From NCBI GenBank assembly GCA_951804945.1, contig OX638152.1, positions 55,366,001 to 55,430,000 of the forward strand: a DNA stretch of 64,000 nucleotides, written 5' to 3'. A model generated the notes under the pieces. That model searched no databases. It worked only from the letters and a program-made list of their open reading frames with translations, and was not told the origin of the DNA. Of the stretch, positions 1 through 12,699 are shown one piece after another (positions within the stretch are counted from its first letter, which is position 1; every line of letters starts with the position of its first letter). Made by a program: the position numbers and the translations under genes. The DNA comes from Podarcis cretensis (lineage: Eukaryota).

Positions 1-901
1 AAAAAAATCTGACCAGAGATCTAGATTTAGTTTAGTTTGAGAGATTGGATCTAGATAAATGGGCAGATGATTGCAGTCTATGCCTCAGCTTCCTGTAGCT
101 ATGATGGATGCCTATTTTATGGAGATGTTGTGAGGAAAACTGGGTAAAAGACTATTTGTTGTTACATGGAAAGGATGTTTAGCAAAATATTTTTGGAAGG
201 AAGCAGTTTAATTCATCCTTTCTCACACATGCACAGTCTCCCCCACCACAAGAAATTATTCAGTTATCGTCATTGTGACATGTTGTCTAAGCCACTGGAT
301 GAATTCTAAGATAGGAGACACATTAGATGCCATTATGGCATTATTTCAAATTAAAGGATTACTCTATAAGCATTTTGGATGGCAGGAGAGATTATCAGTG
401 ATGCATTACAAGCAAGGAGAGCTGACAGTCTGATTTGTTAGGTTTTAAATAAAACAATTCCTATCCCTAATGTTGATTTCTTGAGATACTTTTTTAAATT
501 TAAGATTTATTGAGCTATTTTTTTGGGCATTTGAGAAAACCTGGTTTTTTTACCTGCACTGTGGAAAAAGGGAATGAAGGGACTGTAGGTATTAGTGAGG
601 TTACTGAAGTTTAGTTAAAATTTTCATTACTCTTACTGATTCGGAAATAATAGTATCTCTTATCATTCTAATACCCAGTGGAACCTAAAATAGGTCTAAA
701 ATGAGAGGATGTATGTTTTAAATTGTGCAAATTCTATTGCTCGTAATGCATCCCAGAGTTGAAATTGGTGGGTTTAAAAATCTACCAAAGCAGTTTACAA
801 GTAAAATCAAGACCCAATGAAAAAATATATATTTTAAGTACAAAACCTAATCGGGATCCTTCCCACAAGGCCGTTGGTGGTTGATGACCTATGGGATGGG
901 A

Positions 902-951
902 CTCCTCCTCCTCCTCCTCCTCCTCCTCCTCCTCCTCCTCCTCCTCCTCCT
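902..951. repeat. (CCT)n microsatellite
   Basis: About 16 perfect CCT units; source of the poly-P, poly-E and poly-R ORF artefacts. Confidence 0.95.
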
Positions 952-3131
952 CCCCTCCCACAAAAGCAACTCTTGCTGTGGAAGACCTATTGCATGAGCC
1001 CATGGAGAGCTTCCGTGAGTCAGAATAGAATAGTACTGGGGAAGACTGCAAATTCTTTGTTCTGGTCTAGGGCAGCTTCTTATGTTCCTAAATCTGAATT
1101 TCATGTTCTTGAGTGTTAAGGTTTCCCATTTCTAACACAAGCACATTTCCCAGAGATGGAGAAGCATGGCGTCCCAAAGGCAGCTTCCATTTAACAGATT
1201 GTGCCAGGCCAAGCCCCAAGCCCTTTTTTATTTTTTGCTTTTAATATTTGCAAGAATTAAAAGTGCTGCTGCTTAAAGGCAGTCTTAAGCAAGCAGAGGC
1301 TTAAGAAATAAGCCTTATGTCTCTTGACGTAGTTTATGATGGAACTGAACCCTCCCCCAATTGTTTTTGTATGACAAACTGGATATGTAATCCTTTTTCT
1401 GGTGGTTTCTGCTCTCTAAAGTGTTTTCATTCTCACATCTTATCCTATTACTATATAGGCACGGATCCAGAGAACCCTGATTCAATAATCACAAAGGAGA
1501 ATAATACTTGTTCTTTTTGAACAGCACCCCCCCCCCCCATATGGTGTCTGGAATGTCATGACAACATTGTGATGCGGCAAAAGAGCCAAGCTGTTCAAAG
1601 AGAATGACATTTTGACTTGGCTACCAAAGAGCTCCTTGTATGAACTAAAATACAATGGCTTGCAACATAGTAAGATGCCTTACGCTGACTAGGGCCATTG
1701 GTCCTCCTAGCTCAATGTTGTCAACAGTTTTGCTGCAGCTCTCTACAGTTTCAGATGAGGAATATTCCCATTCTTGCCAGAAGATGCCTCACAGTGAAAC
1801 TGGGGCTTCCTGCAGACAAAACAAGCTCTGTCACTGAGCTATGGCTCTTCTCTACAATATTCTCTACAATATTCTCTGGATGTTCCCACTGGTGGAACAG
1901 AGGGAGGGAATTTTCACCTCTTTCCCACTGTAGGCTACTACAATCCCAGATTATGGGGTTACCCTACAGAACAGCACGGGAGCTGGCTCTGGGACCTGTG
2001 AGAGAACATGGGGGCATGGTGGAGATTGCCTCCATCTTGCCTTTCACCATCAGATGTTTCCACGGGACAGGGGTCCCTTCCATTAACAGAGAGAGCCCTT
2101 CTGCTAATGGAACAACTCAGGATCCAGCCAATATGTGTGCATGCATAGTGCTTTATGTGAGTGCTGATCACAGTGGCAGGCAGAATGATAGACTTTTACT
2201 AATAACGGGTGGTATAAATGTATCTAGTTCTCTCTTATAAAAGAGGAAGGATGTTAGAAAAGTTACTGACAGCATTATGAGTACATGTCAAAATATGTTC
2301 AATTTCTGTTTCCAGAACAGGACTGAATCACTTACAGCACTGCAGTACCTTTGCCTTGGTTATGCAAAAGCCAATATTCAAATCTGCAAATATACAAAAT
2401 TTCCATCATCTAATAAAAGGGGCAGCAGGGATTTTTTTTAACATGTAAGGTATTAGCAATATGTACTGGATTTGTAGTGAGCAAACATCCTACAGAGAAA
2501 GGGTTAAACATCTCCTTGCTCTTTAGCTGCTGCTCTGATTAAATTTGGGATCTCCTGGGGATGTATAAATGTTTTTTAAAGGAAAATGTTGGGGAATATA
2601 TTATATGTCTCCCACACCGTGTCTAGTTGGGCTCTCTACTGAATTTTGGAATTGAAGATTACAGTTTGTGCAATCCATCAACAAGCACTGGTTCACATAG
2701 ACTACCTTCAGAGGTAATGCTAAGCCATTAATTTTATTTCACAAAATTTATTATTGTGAATTGCTTAATTCTGATGAAACCTCAAAGTGGTTTAACTGAC
2801 TACAGATGCAATCAAACTCCATGTTCAGGTTCTAGTTCCTAGTATCTTAGTGTTTATATCATTTTTGAGATCATGTTTAATAGAAAGAAGCCAGAAAAGG
2901 TTAGGTGTGACTGAGTCTTATGGAAATCTAAGGAAGAAAGTAAAGGCTTACCTTAAGTCACATTGATTTCAATGGGGTTTGTACTCTGATCATATTAACA
3001 GGGAAATTCATCTCACTAAAACCAACAGGACTTCCTCTCAGGTAAAATTAAGCTTTTGTCATAACTTTTTCTACTATAGCCTGCTGCATTTCTCTTCATG
3101 TCTAACCTTTTTCTCACAAGGAACCCATATA

Positions 3132-3350
3132 CAGTCGTACCTCAGGTTACATACGCTTCAGGTTACAGACTCCACTAACCCAAAAATAGTGCTTCAGGTT
3201 AAAAACTTTGCTTCAGGATGGCGTGGTGGCAGCAGGAGGCCTCATTAGCTAAAGTGGTGCTTATGCATTAGCAAAGTTCTTAGGCTGAGGTACTATTTCT
3301 GGGTTAGCGGAGTCTGTAACCTGAAGCGTATGTAACCCGAGGTACCACTG
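3132..3350. mobile_element. Tc1/mariner-type MITE, palindromic variant with two right ends
   Basis: TA|CAGTCGTACCTC...GAGGTACCACTG|TA; terminal ~75-80 bp are imperfect inverted repeats. Confidence 0.85.
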
Positions 3351-4113
3351 TAGCTTGGTTGTGCTCAGGTAAGGAAGACTCAAACATTGATATGTGGTGA
3401 CAGAGGCCCCCCCAGAGAAAATTGCCACCACAAACATGACAAACCACCCAGAAAAAACTAAACAAAACACACGAATGAGCTTCCATTCTAGTAGTGACTG
3501 TGGATAAATACTGAGCAATGTTGTGTGGATGCTGCAAAAAAGAAAAAAAGAAAAAGTGTGTGAATTGCCCTGATATCACAGTAAACCTCTGTCATTGATG
3601 CACCTACAGTTAATACTTCCAATGAATTTACTTAGTTCAACAAGACCGACTTGTGTTTTCTTGCCATTTCCCAAATTAGAAATGCATTTTCCTGTTTAGC
3701 TTTGCATGGACAAGCATGCATGGGAGTTTGACTCCTTTTACAGGATTTTAGTAATCTGCACTGTAATTTGGCCATAATTCTCCTTCAACTTTATTAAGAA
3801 ATATTGTTCCAAGTATTTAAAGGGACAAGTTTTAACAAACAAAAATGTAATATTTCTGCTCAAAACAAATAAAAATAGGCAACATAGCCATCTGAAGGTT
3901 AGCAAGAGGCAATAATGGTTTTCTTAAAATCCACTTGTTTGTAGTACAAATGCTCACTTCCTTCATATTCTCCTGTTCATTTCAAAACAGATAGATAGAT
4001 AGATAGACAGACACACACACACATGCACACACACTCCACTAAAGCATAATCACTTACTGGCATTTGGGGCCCCCTGTTTCTTTGATATATTATATGAGGG
4101 CTGTTCCAACACC

Positions 4114-4443
4114 CAGCGGTGGAGGAAGCTGCTTGGGTGCCTGGGGCGGCGCACCTGGGGGTGGGGTGAGTCGTCCATAGAGGTGGGCACACTGTAGGGC
4201 CTCCAGAGTCTGCTTGCCTCCTCCCACTCAGCCTCCCTACAGCTGGGGAGGAGGCAGCGGGCTGACCATTTGGGCAGTGGGGAGCCTGCGCGCGTCCAAA
4301 CCACTATGTCTCTCCCAGGAGAGACACGTGACTCGGGCGCGTTGCAGGCCCCACGGTGAGTGCCGCCCAGCATTTTGTCACCCCCCTCAGTGGTGACACC
4401 CAGGGCGGCCCGCACCCAGCACACACCCCTTCCTCCGCCCCTG
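4114..4443. mobile_element. hAT-type non-autonomous element (GC-rich MITE)
   Basis: TIRs CAGCGGTGGAGGAAG / CTTCCTCCGCCCCTG; perfect 8-bp TSD CCAACACC at 4106-4113 and 4444-4451. Confidence 0.9.
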
Positions 4444-7118
4444 CCAACACCCACTGCCAAAAGTAGCCACCTCATTCTAGCTCTGTAGAAGCATCCTTTC
4501 ACCAGGTACAGAAATCATTCAGGGTCGTGGTGGTGTTTGCTCAAGCATGCCAACTCCACCCTCCCTTATCATCCTAGGAGGTGCTCTCCACGTGTGAAGT
4601 GGGGATGCTTCTGTACCTTTGAATGTTTCCTGCATGTTTTTAAACCCCATTTTTCTGAGGTTCTAAAATGCATGGGGAGCTCTGTGCATTTCTCTTGGTG
4701 CTCCAAAAGGTGAGGTTTAATATGGAGTATGTGACAAAATTCCTAGCCACATCAGTGCCCTGTGAAAGGGACTTGAGCACTGAAATTACTGCAGACAAGC
4801 TTGAATATGTCCCTTGGCTCTGCCAGCATTAATGTGTTTTAAATTCATAATTGAAGAACACCAGCTGGCTGGGAGAACAGAACCATTGCACTTCCTGTTC
4901 CTGTTCCATGAAGACTCAGTTGAACTCAGAGGGTGTCAATAGACTGCCTGCTTCACAAATCTGAAGTAGGGTTGCAATCGTAATTGTCATTGTGAGAGAG
5001 TAACTGACCCTGGGTTCATTGGGGCTTGAGTAACTAGGTTTTTTTTTGGGGGGGGGGTTTGGCTTACTATACTATCCTTTGCATCTTTATTTGGGAGTGT
5101 GACTAAGTTCTGTTCCATTCCACTGCTTTCAACAAGAATTTGTAATCCAGCTTTGGCTGGATTGTGACAAATTGCTGGGCAATTTTTTTAAGGCTGAGAT
5201 TTTTACACTTAAGAATAACTGGGAAACAGTTTCATCAAGGTGCTGTAGAATCCAAATGCATGTGAATCATAGAATTGTAGAGTTGGAAGGGACCCCTAGG
5301 CTCATCTAGTTTTAAAAAAGTGGTTATTTGGTCATTGAAAACTTGGCAATTGGACAAAGATTTTATTTATTTTTTTGGAAAATTGGTCAACTGCTCTACT
5401 ATAGTAGATTGGACTTTATTTTAAAAGGTTTGTCCTCCTTTGTGTGGGATAACAAGCTTCATATAACCAACATGCTTAAGTCTAATTAATGCATGAAGAT
5501 CATTTCTCCTCACCTTGGGAGGAAGGTAATCAAGCTTATTGTTTGCCTCTTAGTCTACCTGAGAAGCTCAATGTGAGAAGGTCTGAGCTGGTTGCCCCAG
5601 TTCAGACTGCATGGCTCTAGCCAGCCTCCCCTGAGTTCCTATGCCAATAATTTAGGAACTTTACTGTAACTAAGCCAAGTTTTACTGCCTGTGTTTTCTG
5701 ACTGCTATATGGAAAAGCACATGAATCTGACCTTTGGAGAGGTTGTAAGTAAACCATTTTTTACTTACTAAATATCTGGTCTTTTTCTATGTTAAGGGAA
5801 GAGGGTAACTCTGGAAGAAGCTCACAAGTGCATATTTAAAAGGCCTAACAGACTATATTTCCATACTTTACTTTGCTGCATGTTTTATGATTTTAAATTT
5901 TTCCTTGCAACCAACACTTTGCAATCTGAATAATATCTCTCAAAGTCTCTGTGGCAAATGTTTTTAAAAAACTAGGAAATTCAGGCCTCAATTGAGGAAC
6001 TGACTTGTGCTATAGAGATAAATATAATAGCTTTACATCCTGTTAATATCTGCAAGAGGAAAAACACTTGGAGCAACAAAGAATTAGAAAAAAACAAACA
6101 CTTGTAAATATATTGGAAAAACTTTTCATCAGTGACTTGGGACTACAGTGCCAGAGCCCTTACTTATAATTAATATATTGAGGGTTCCTGAAGATAGGGA
6201 GCAGTCTCTGTGTTCCCAGCCCAGAGGCCTGTCAGTTCCCTGGACCTTCATCTTTCATTGTCTGCTATGGGGTATCACAGTAGACATTGTTAATTCCATT
6301 GAGGCTAGCAGGGTGGCAGACAGGCCAACAGTAGATAGAGCCAGAGTCAGAAGTGCCAGCTTGACCATGGATGCCTGGGGCCGTGGGTGCATGGCCCTGG
6401 CACCAGAATTTGTGGGTGCACGGGACCCTTCATGGGGAATTCTGTGGGTGCTGGGGCACCCAGGGTCCCAGGGAATTGGCACCTATGGCCAGAGCCAATG
6501 ATCCTTCACCCTGATGAGTTCTACAAAGGCAACCTTGTGAGGTTAAAGAGGAGGAAGGTGACAGGCATTGCCATGCTGTGGACTGAGTGCAGGTAAGAAG
6601 GAAGGCAGCTGGGGGCTGGCTGATGGCAGACTGAGGTTGCTGAGGCAGTGTGCCATCTGGCTTACTGGGCAGATGTTCTCCATCCTGATGTAAAGGCAGC
6701 ATCTGTTGAAAAAAGGGGTGGTGAATAATGCTGACCATGTCATGAGAAAAATAATACAATCCATATCTGAATCTGTGTTTTCACTTTTCTTCCATATAGT
6801 GGGGATATTGAAATGACACGACAATGTGTTATTTCCTTATGTATTTTTTTCTTCTTCATTAGATAGTTAGGAACAGCATAATTATAGCCATGTATACTCA
6901 GAAGTGTCATACTGACTTGAGGTAAGTGGAGTTTGACATGCAGCCTGAGTTATCAGAATGGCTGTTGCAAACTGCATGTCAGTATAGGTTGTAAATAAGT
7001 AAACGTATGCAGAAATCCACAGGGATGCAGCAGTTTAGGGTACTGTTTTGCTCCTGTTGTGCTTGTGAAGTGAAAAGGAAACTTGATCTGCAAAATAAGG
7101 GTGATTTAAAGTATCTTC

Positions 7119-7196
7119 AGAACACAGGAGTGCCTGGCATGCTCTGGTCCATGGGGTCACGAAGAGTCGGACACGACTAAACGACTAAACAACAAC
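7119..7196 (+). mobile_element. Very short 5'-truncated Bov-B (RTE) LINE 3' end
   Basis: GTCCATGGGGTCACGAAGAGTCGGACACGACTAAACGACTAAACAACAAC; 11-bp TSD AAAGTATCTTC at 7108-7118 and 7197-7207. Confidence 0.9.
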
Positions 7197-9662
7197 AAAG
7201 TATCTTCTTAAGAAGGAATTTAAGTGGCATTAAACAGGGGCATTAAACAGAATGATTTAAACTGAACAACAGAAACCCTTTCTTGAACTTGCTAGTTTGC
7301 TTCTCAACCTGAATATTTATGCATGAAATGATGGTGTGAGACATCTACAATTCCTGAATTTTAGTTATGAGAATTGTCGGAAATGACATCAAATCCACAA
7401 CGCAAACTTTCCTAGAAATGGACCTAACCAAATAGGGTGCAGTCCATGAAGGCATTCTCTAGTGCCTGGCCTTTGGAAACGAAAATGGAGCTATTCCAGG
7501 GCTCTAAGTGAATGTTTCTGGTGGACTGTGACCAAAGTGTATGAGCAACTGGCTTTTTAAAAATAAAAGAAAGGAAAGATAACAATTCCCAAAAGGGAAC
7601 AATTGGAGACCCTCAGAGCCAACTGCACCATTCAAAAATGAATTTCACTGAACTTCAGTTAAATTAAGATTCTGTTCTTTTGAGTGTCAGACAAATTGGT
7701 TACATGTTAAAAGTAATTAATGGCATATTTAAGTAAGAACTTCACTAAGCAGCAATAACATATACATTGAAGCCAGAAATTTGGCTCCTGTAGTACTGAG
7801 TTTTGTTTGTAGAGGGCACCAGTGAACCTTCCAGATCATTGGTATGTATTGAGAAAAATCCTAAACCTGCATGCATTTAAGCCCAGGTGGGACTTGATTT
7901 ATGCAAGTGGTTTTCATGCTCTAAGCGGGTAAGTTATTTACATGCATAAATCTTTGCAACACTATTGATCAAGATCATTTAGGGATTAGTTTTAGTATTG
8001 CTGTAACTTTGTTTGCTCATGGCCAGAGCTTAATTAACCATAGAACATGAAATTAATGGTGGGCATTAACTGCAGTTAATTAATGTAATTCTGGTTCCAT
8101 TAAAATCAACAGCAAGCTTCCCTTGATGGTTTTTATTCCACCAGGGGCCACGTTCCATTCAAGTATGATGAAGATGCTTTTCTCTAGAAAGGGTCTGTAA
8201 GAAGCAACATTGAAATGAAAGCTGCACAGTAGTGTTACATGGTGAATTGCACCTTGTGGCACATGAATTGCCTTTTTGCTTCTAAAATTGTGGAAGATGA
8301 TTTGAGGCAGGGGAACGGAAATATATAGGAAATACACATATAGGAATTTCAGCTGGAACTTGAGGCATACACTTTAGCAGCTGCATATGAAAAGCACGTC
8401 TATATGCTTCTGAAAATTTGTCTATTGGTACAAGGCAGTGCATGTTGACTTAGAAGTAAGTCCCACTGTGCCCAATAGGATTTACTCCCAATAAAGATGT
8501 ACAGGATTGCTGCCTTAGATGGTGTAGTCATCCCAATTAAACATAAGATCCCACAAGTGTTATTGGTCAGAAAATCCACCCTGTTATTTAATAACCAAAG
8601 ACTGCCAAACACTTTTTGTTCTCCCACACTTTGGTATGGATTAATTCTCTCCCCCTCCATTTATGTGATTTTAATATCTGGTTTCTGGTTTTTAGCTTGT
8701 TTTGTTTGGGGGGGGATTGCTTTTCATTTATGTTGTGAGCCCCTTGTGTGAGGGAAGATGTGGGGCCAAAAGGCAGAATATAAATACGTAAATAAAGAAC
8801 ATAAAAGTAAATTAATTATGACAAATTTCTGGATCAGTATATATGTACTGAAAGAATGAAAAACACTACTCATTGTTGATTGGCTTTGAAAATCCATTGT
8901 TAATTAACAGCATTCCATTCTTCTCTGCTTTTCAACATTTCAGTGGAAATAATTGACACAAAATACATTGTTAAACTTCTTAATCAGTCGTTGTAGAAAA
9001 ATAGAAGTGTGTGGGACATTCTTAGTACAAAATTTTGGTGATGCCTCCCCGTTGAAAGCATCAGAAGCTTTGAGTTTTAAGCTTATATTACAAAAACGAG
9101 ATTCCGTAAACTTTACATTGGATGCGTCATTGATAATAACAGAGACAATTTGAGAGAGACTTTTAAGCTTTGTGCCCTACTCACAACATTACAGCTTACA
9201 CATGCATGTGTCAGAATGATGCAGCTTCACTTTATGTGCTAAAGGTTGCAAAGAAAGCTCTAAGAGGACCTTCAGCCCGAATTTTCATATGGCACGCTTT
9301 TAATCTTTTTTCAAACAAAACAAACCTTACTAAACCTGCCACAATTGATTACAGAAAGGACCCCAAAATCACAAGAGCAAAAAGCTTCTTTTCCCAAATA
9401 AGCTCACTTTTTTTTTTTAAATTCTTTCGCATGCATTCTCATTAGTAGAGTAAGTTGGATCTTTAGTAGAACCTTGTTGGAGCTTTCCACAGTTCTTTCT
9501 CCTGTAGATTCTCTGTGATAAGGCCAACTCTGATGTATGTTAATGCACCATCACAAAAATTTATGGAAATGTCACTCTTAGTCCTCAGAGTTGTGACTGG
9601 AAGGAGAGGGCTAAACCAAGCCACCCTTGTCAAAAATAGTCCTCTTTTTCTGGACTCTGGGC

Positions 9663-9906
9663 CATGGGTAGGCAAACTAAGGCCCAGGGGCCGGATCCAG
9701 CCCAATCCCCTTCTAAATCCGGCCTGCGGATGGTCCAGGAATCAGCGTGTTTTTACATGAGTACAATGTATCCTTTTATTTAAAATGCATCTCTGGGTTA
9801 TTTGTGGGGCACAGGAATTTGTTAACCCCCCCCCCAAATATAGTCCGCCCCACCTGATCTGAGGGACAGTGGACTGGCCCCCTGCTGAAAAAGTTTGTGA
9901 CCCCTG
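9663..9906. mobile_element. hAT-type MITE
   Basis: TIRs CATGGGTAGGCAAACT / AGTTTGTGACCCCTG; perfect TSD CTCTGGGC at 9655-9662 and 9907-9914. Confidence 0.9.
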
Positions 9907-10039
9907 CTCTGGGCCCTCTGCCCATAGTTTGGGGGCATGGCGGTGGCTATAACAATCCTATTATTATTATTATTATTATTATTAATCTAATAATTAAATT
10001 TCTATACCATTCTTCATCAAAAGTCCACAGGGTGGTTTC

Positions 10040-10172
10040 ATAGAATTATAGAATTGTAGAGTTGGAAGGGTCATCTAGTCCATCCCCCTGCAATGCAGGA
10101 ATCTTTGGCTCAACATGGGGCTTGAACCCACAACCTTGAGATTAATAGTCTCATGCTCTACTAGGTAAGCTA
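10040..10172 (-). mobile_element. tRNA(Lys)-derived SINE with CR1-like 3' tail
   Basis: Minus strand reads TAGC...GTAGAGCATGAGACTATTAATCTCAAGGTTGTGGGTTCAAGCCCCATGTTG (tRNA-Lys-like), then GGACTAGATGACCCTTCCAACTCTACAATTCTAT (CR1-type tail). A tail-only piece lies at about 5267-5310. Confidence 0.75.
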
Positions 10173-11378
10173 CGAAGGTGGATGGTTTATGTGAACTTAG
10201 CCAGTAACTTCTTCTGTCATGCAAACTCAGCCTTATAGACAGTGCTTCATCCAGACAGGGAGACTCACAAGGTGTGTGGCTGTGGCTGTGACTGGGATGT
10301 TCATCTATTCCATTGAACCCAACATGGATGCATCACCTGGGATATATACCTGCACCTGGGTTTCCAGGTTGCACATAGCAAAGTACTACTAGAGTTGTGT
10401 TGGGATCTGGGTGAGCTATATAAACATAAATAACTGGCACATTCCAACATGGTGACGGCATACAAAGGACTTATGACTACATATTAAAATTATCTACAAT
10501 GAAACTAGCTTCCAAAAGTGGAAATGAAAGGAAGTAAGAATTCTATATCTTCCTGGTGAAACTTGTCAACCTGACACACACACAAAACACCTTTTGGGGA
10601 ATGGCCAGGGCAGTGAAAACCATATGGAGGTCACTTCTTTTGTGCAAGTGACCAGGAAATATTTTTCCAATTCCAATACGCACAAGTGCATCTGGTTTTA
10701 TCAATCCAGCTCAGTGGCACAACATCTTCAGCTAGAAGTGAACACAGCTCCTGGGAAGTGCAAATGACATATTTGTCATAACTCTATAAAACTTAAATAA
10801 CTGGAATGGCATTAAGAGAAAATCAGCACATTGATGCAAACTAAATGTGAAAAATCTATCACAGTGCAAAATTTCTACCTGCCTACTAGATTTCTCCTGA
10901 GTCATGTATTTTACAACATGATAATATATATTTTCATACAAAAAATAATTGAACTTCTTCTCAATTCACTTTTAGTTTTCAGATTAGGCAGGCATAAACA
11001 CAAAATTAAGGCTGCAGTTTGTTTGTTTCGTTTGAAAGGGCTTACTACGGAGTTACAACCATTGTCCTCTATTCACACTGCCAACCTTCTGCCAACCTTA
11101 CTCTGACTGAGCAGTAATATACTCTGGATGCTATCAAATTCAGCAGAGTCAGTTCAGGATAAATGGTTTTGATTTGAATTGCACTACTTTAGTTCTACAG
11201 AGAGATTTCCACATGCACAAATTACACAATGTGGGTTCCTTTGGGAGCTGTAATCTATCCTTGACAAAAATCTATCCTAGTCTCACTGCCTTAGCAACTA
11301 AATGTGTACCATGCAGCAAGTTATGTCAATGTACCATTATGCCACCAGCAGACATGACCATTAGCAAATGCTGCTTTA

Positions 11379-11810
11379 GCCCCATTCATAGATCATGGTA
11401 CACCATGGTCTGAAACAAACCATGGCTTACCGTGAATGAGCAGCGTGTTGACATTGCTGCTATCCTGTGCCCACCCCACCGAGCTGGGAGGGGAACGAAC
11501 TATATGTCTAGTTTAGCATTATACTTAAAGCAGGACTGGTCCATTGTTTCTCTCCAAACAAATCACAAGCAGTGAGCAAAGAACTGCCCAAGAACAAATT
11601 TCACCTTCTTGATTGGTTTGAAGAGAAGCAAACCACTAGTGATGGTTCTCATGCGGTACTAAGCCAGCACTAGGGTTGGCCTCATCCTGGCTTGGCAAAG
11701 TGAGGAACAGAGAGGTGTGATTTACTTGGCACACACCGCCAAAATACTTATTCATGGTAAGTTGTTGTTTGGTTCAGACTATGGTTTACTGTGATGCGTG
11801 GACGTGGCCG
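11379..11810. mobile_element. Degenerate fold-back non-autonomous DNA transposon (possibly PIF/Harbinger)
   Basis: Left arm CACCATGGTCTGAAACAAACCATGGCTTACCGTGAATGAG mirrors right arm TTCATGGTAAGTTGTTGTTTGGTTCAGACTATGGTTTAC; TTA next to both ends. Related AAACCA-rich sequence at about 30590-30890. Confidence 0.55.
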
Positions 11811-12535
11811 TTAAGTTTTCATGGAAAAATGCTCAGCAACCCTGCAGTACTCAAGGTCTACTTATGGTGAGGGCAAGGCATAAATGGTTAGAATAGGATT
11901 AGTATTAATGCATTAATGCATAATAAATGTAAAAGGCTAATTCCACCTGACATACATATGGACTGATGTAACACACTTGCCATGTAAATGTTTGAAGTAG
12001 TTTCCTGAACATGCCGTTCTGATAATGTCAGTGTGTGATGCTATGGCTATCCATATTTAATTGGGATTTGGGTGCCAAGATAGTACTTGGTAAGTTTTTT
12101 TAATGACCAAACAATAATAAAGAACTTTGGGGGTTGGGCTGCTCAATGATTAAATCAATGTCTATGTATGTATTACAATGTTCTTATCTGGTAGTATATT
12201 AATGGCTTGCCACAGCAGATTGCTCTCTTAGCCATGAATCCATGGATAAGTAGCTAAACATTTTATTAGGTCTATTCCCTAGATGACAGCCTGAAAGCTT
12301 TTTGGTGGAAAATCTTTGCAAATTTTTCTTCTTCAAGAAAATCATATGGGAACAGAATAAAGACCTCTTCTGTTTTGTTGTTTTGATTTTGTCATGGCTA
12401 AAATGCTGATCTGAGCCATGAGGATGAACACAGTACTGTATGATACTGCTTGCTATGCCTTACACTGGTGTTTTTACTCATTTTTTTGTTGGCAACTGCC
12501 CAGTGTGGCTGGGGCAACCCAGTCAGATGGGCAGC

Positions 12536-12579
<44 letters not shown>
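12536..12579. repeat. (AAGT)n microsatellite at the end of a LINE-like 3' tail
   Basis: About 11 AAGT units after gcccagtgtggctggggcaacccagtcagatgggc. Confidence 0.85.
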
Positions 12580-12699
12580 GATGAGGACCAAAACAATCCC
12601 AAACCTATTTCCTCAGGAGATAATTCAGCTTTGAATGCATGAACTGGTGGCAGTTGGGTCAGGAATGCTGTGCAGCTGTTGTATCTACTCATTTGCAGT

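Noticed and set aside
782-1119. Poly-Glu, poly-Pro and poly-Arg ORFs
   Set aside because: All are translations of the (CCT)n microsatellite; no splice or homology support.
1698-2240. 180-aa ORF
   Set aside because: Non-ATG start, no recognisable domain, and contains a 12-bp tandem repeat; most likely a chance ORF.
5455-5915. Possible additional solo LTR (AGTAAA, ends CAACA)
   Set aside because: No clear 5' TG terminus, TSD or second copy in the window to confirm it.
10105-10172. tRNA-Lys-like sequence
   Set aside because: Degenerate stems and fused to a CR1-like tail, so it is a SINE head and not a tRNA gene.
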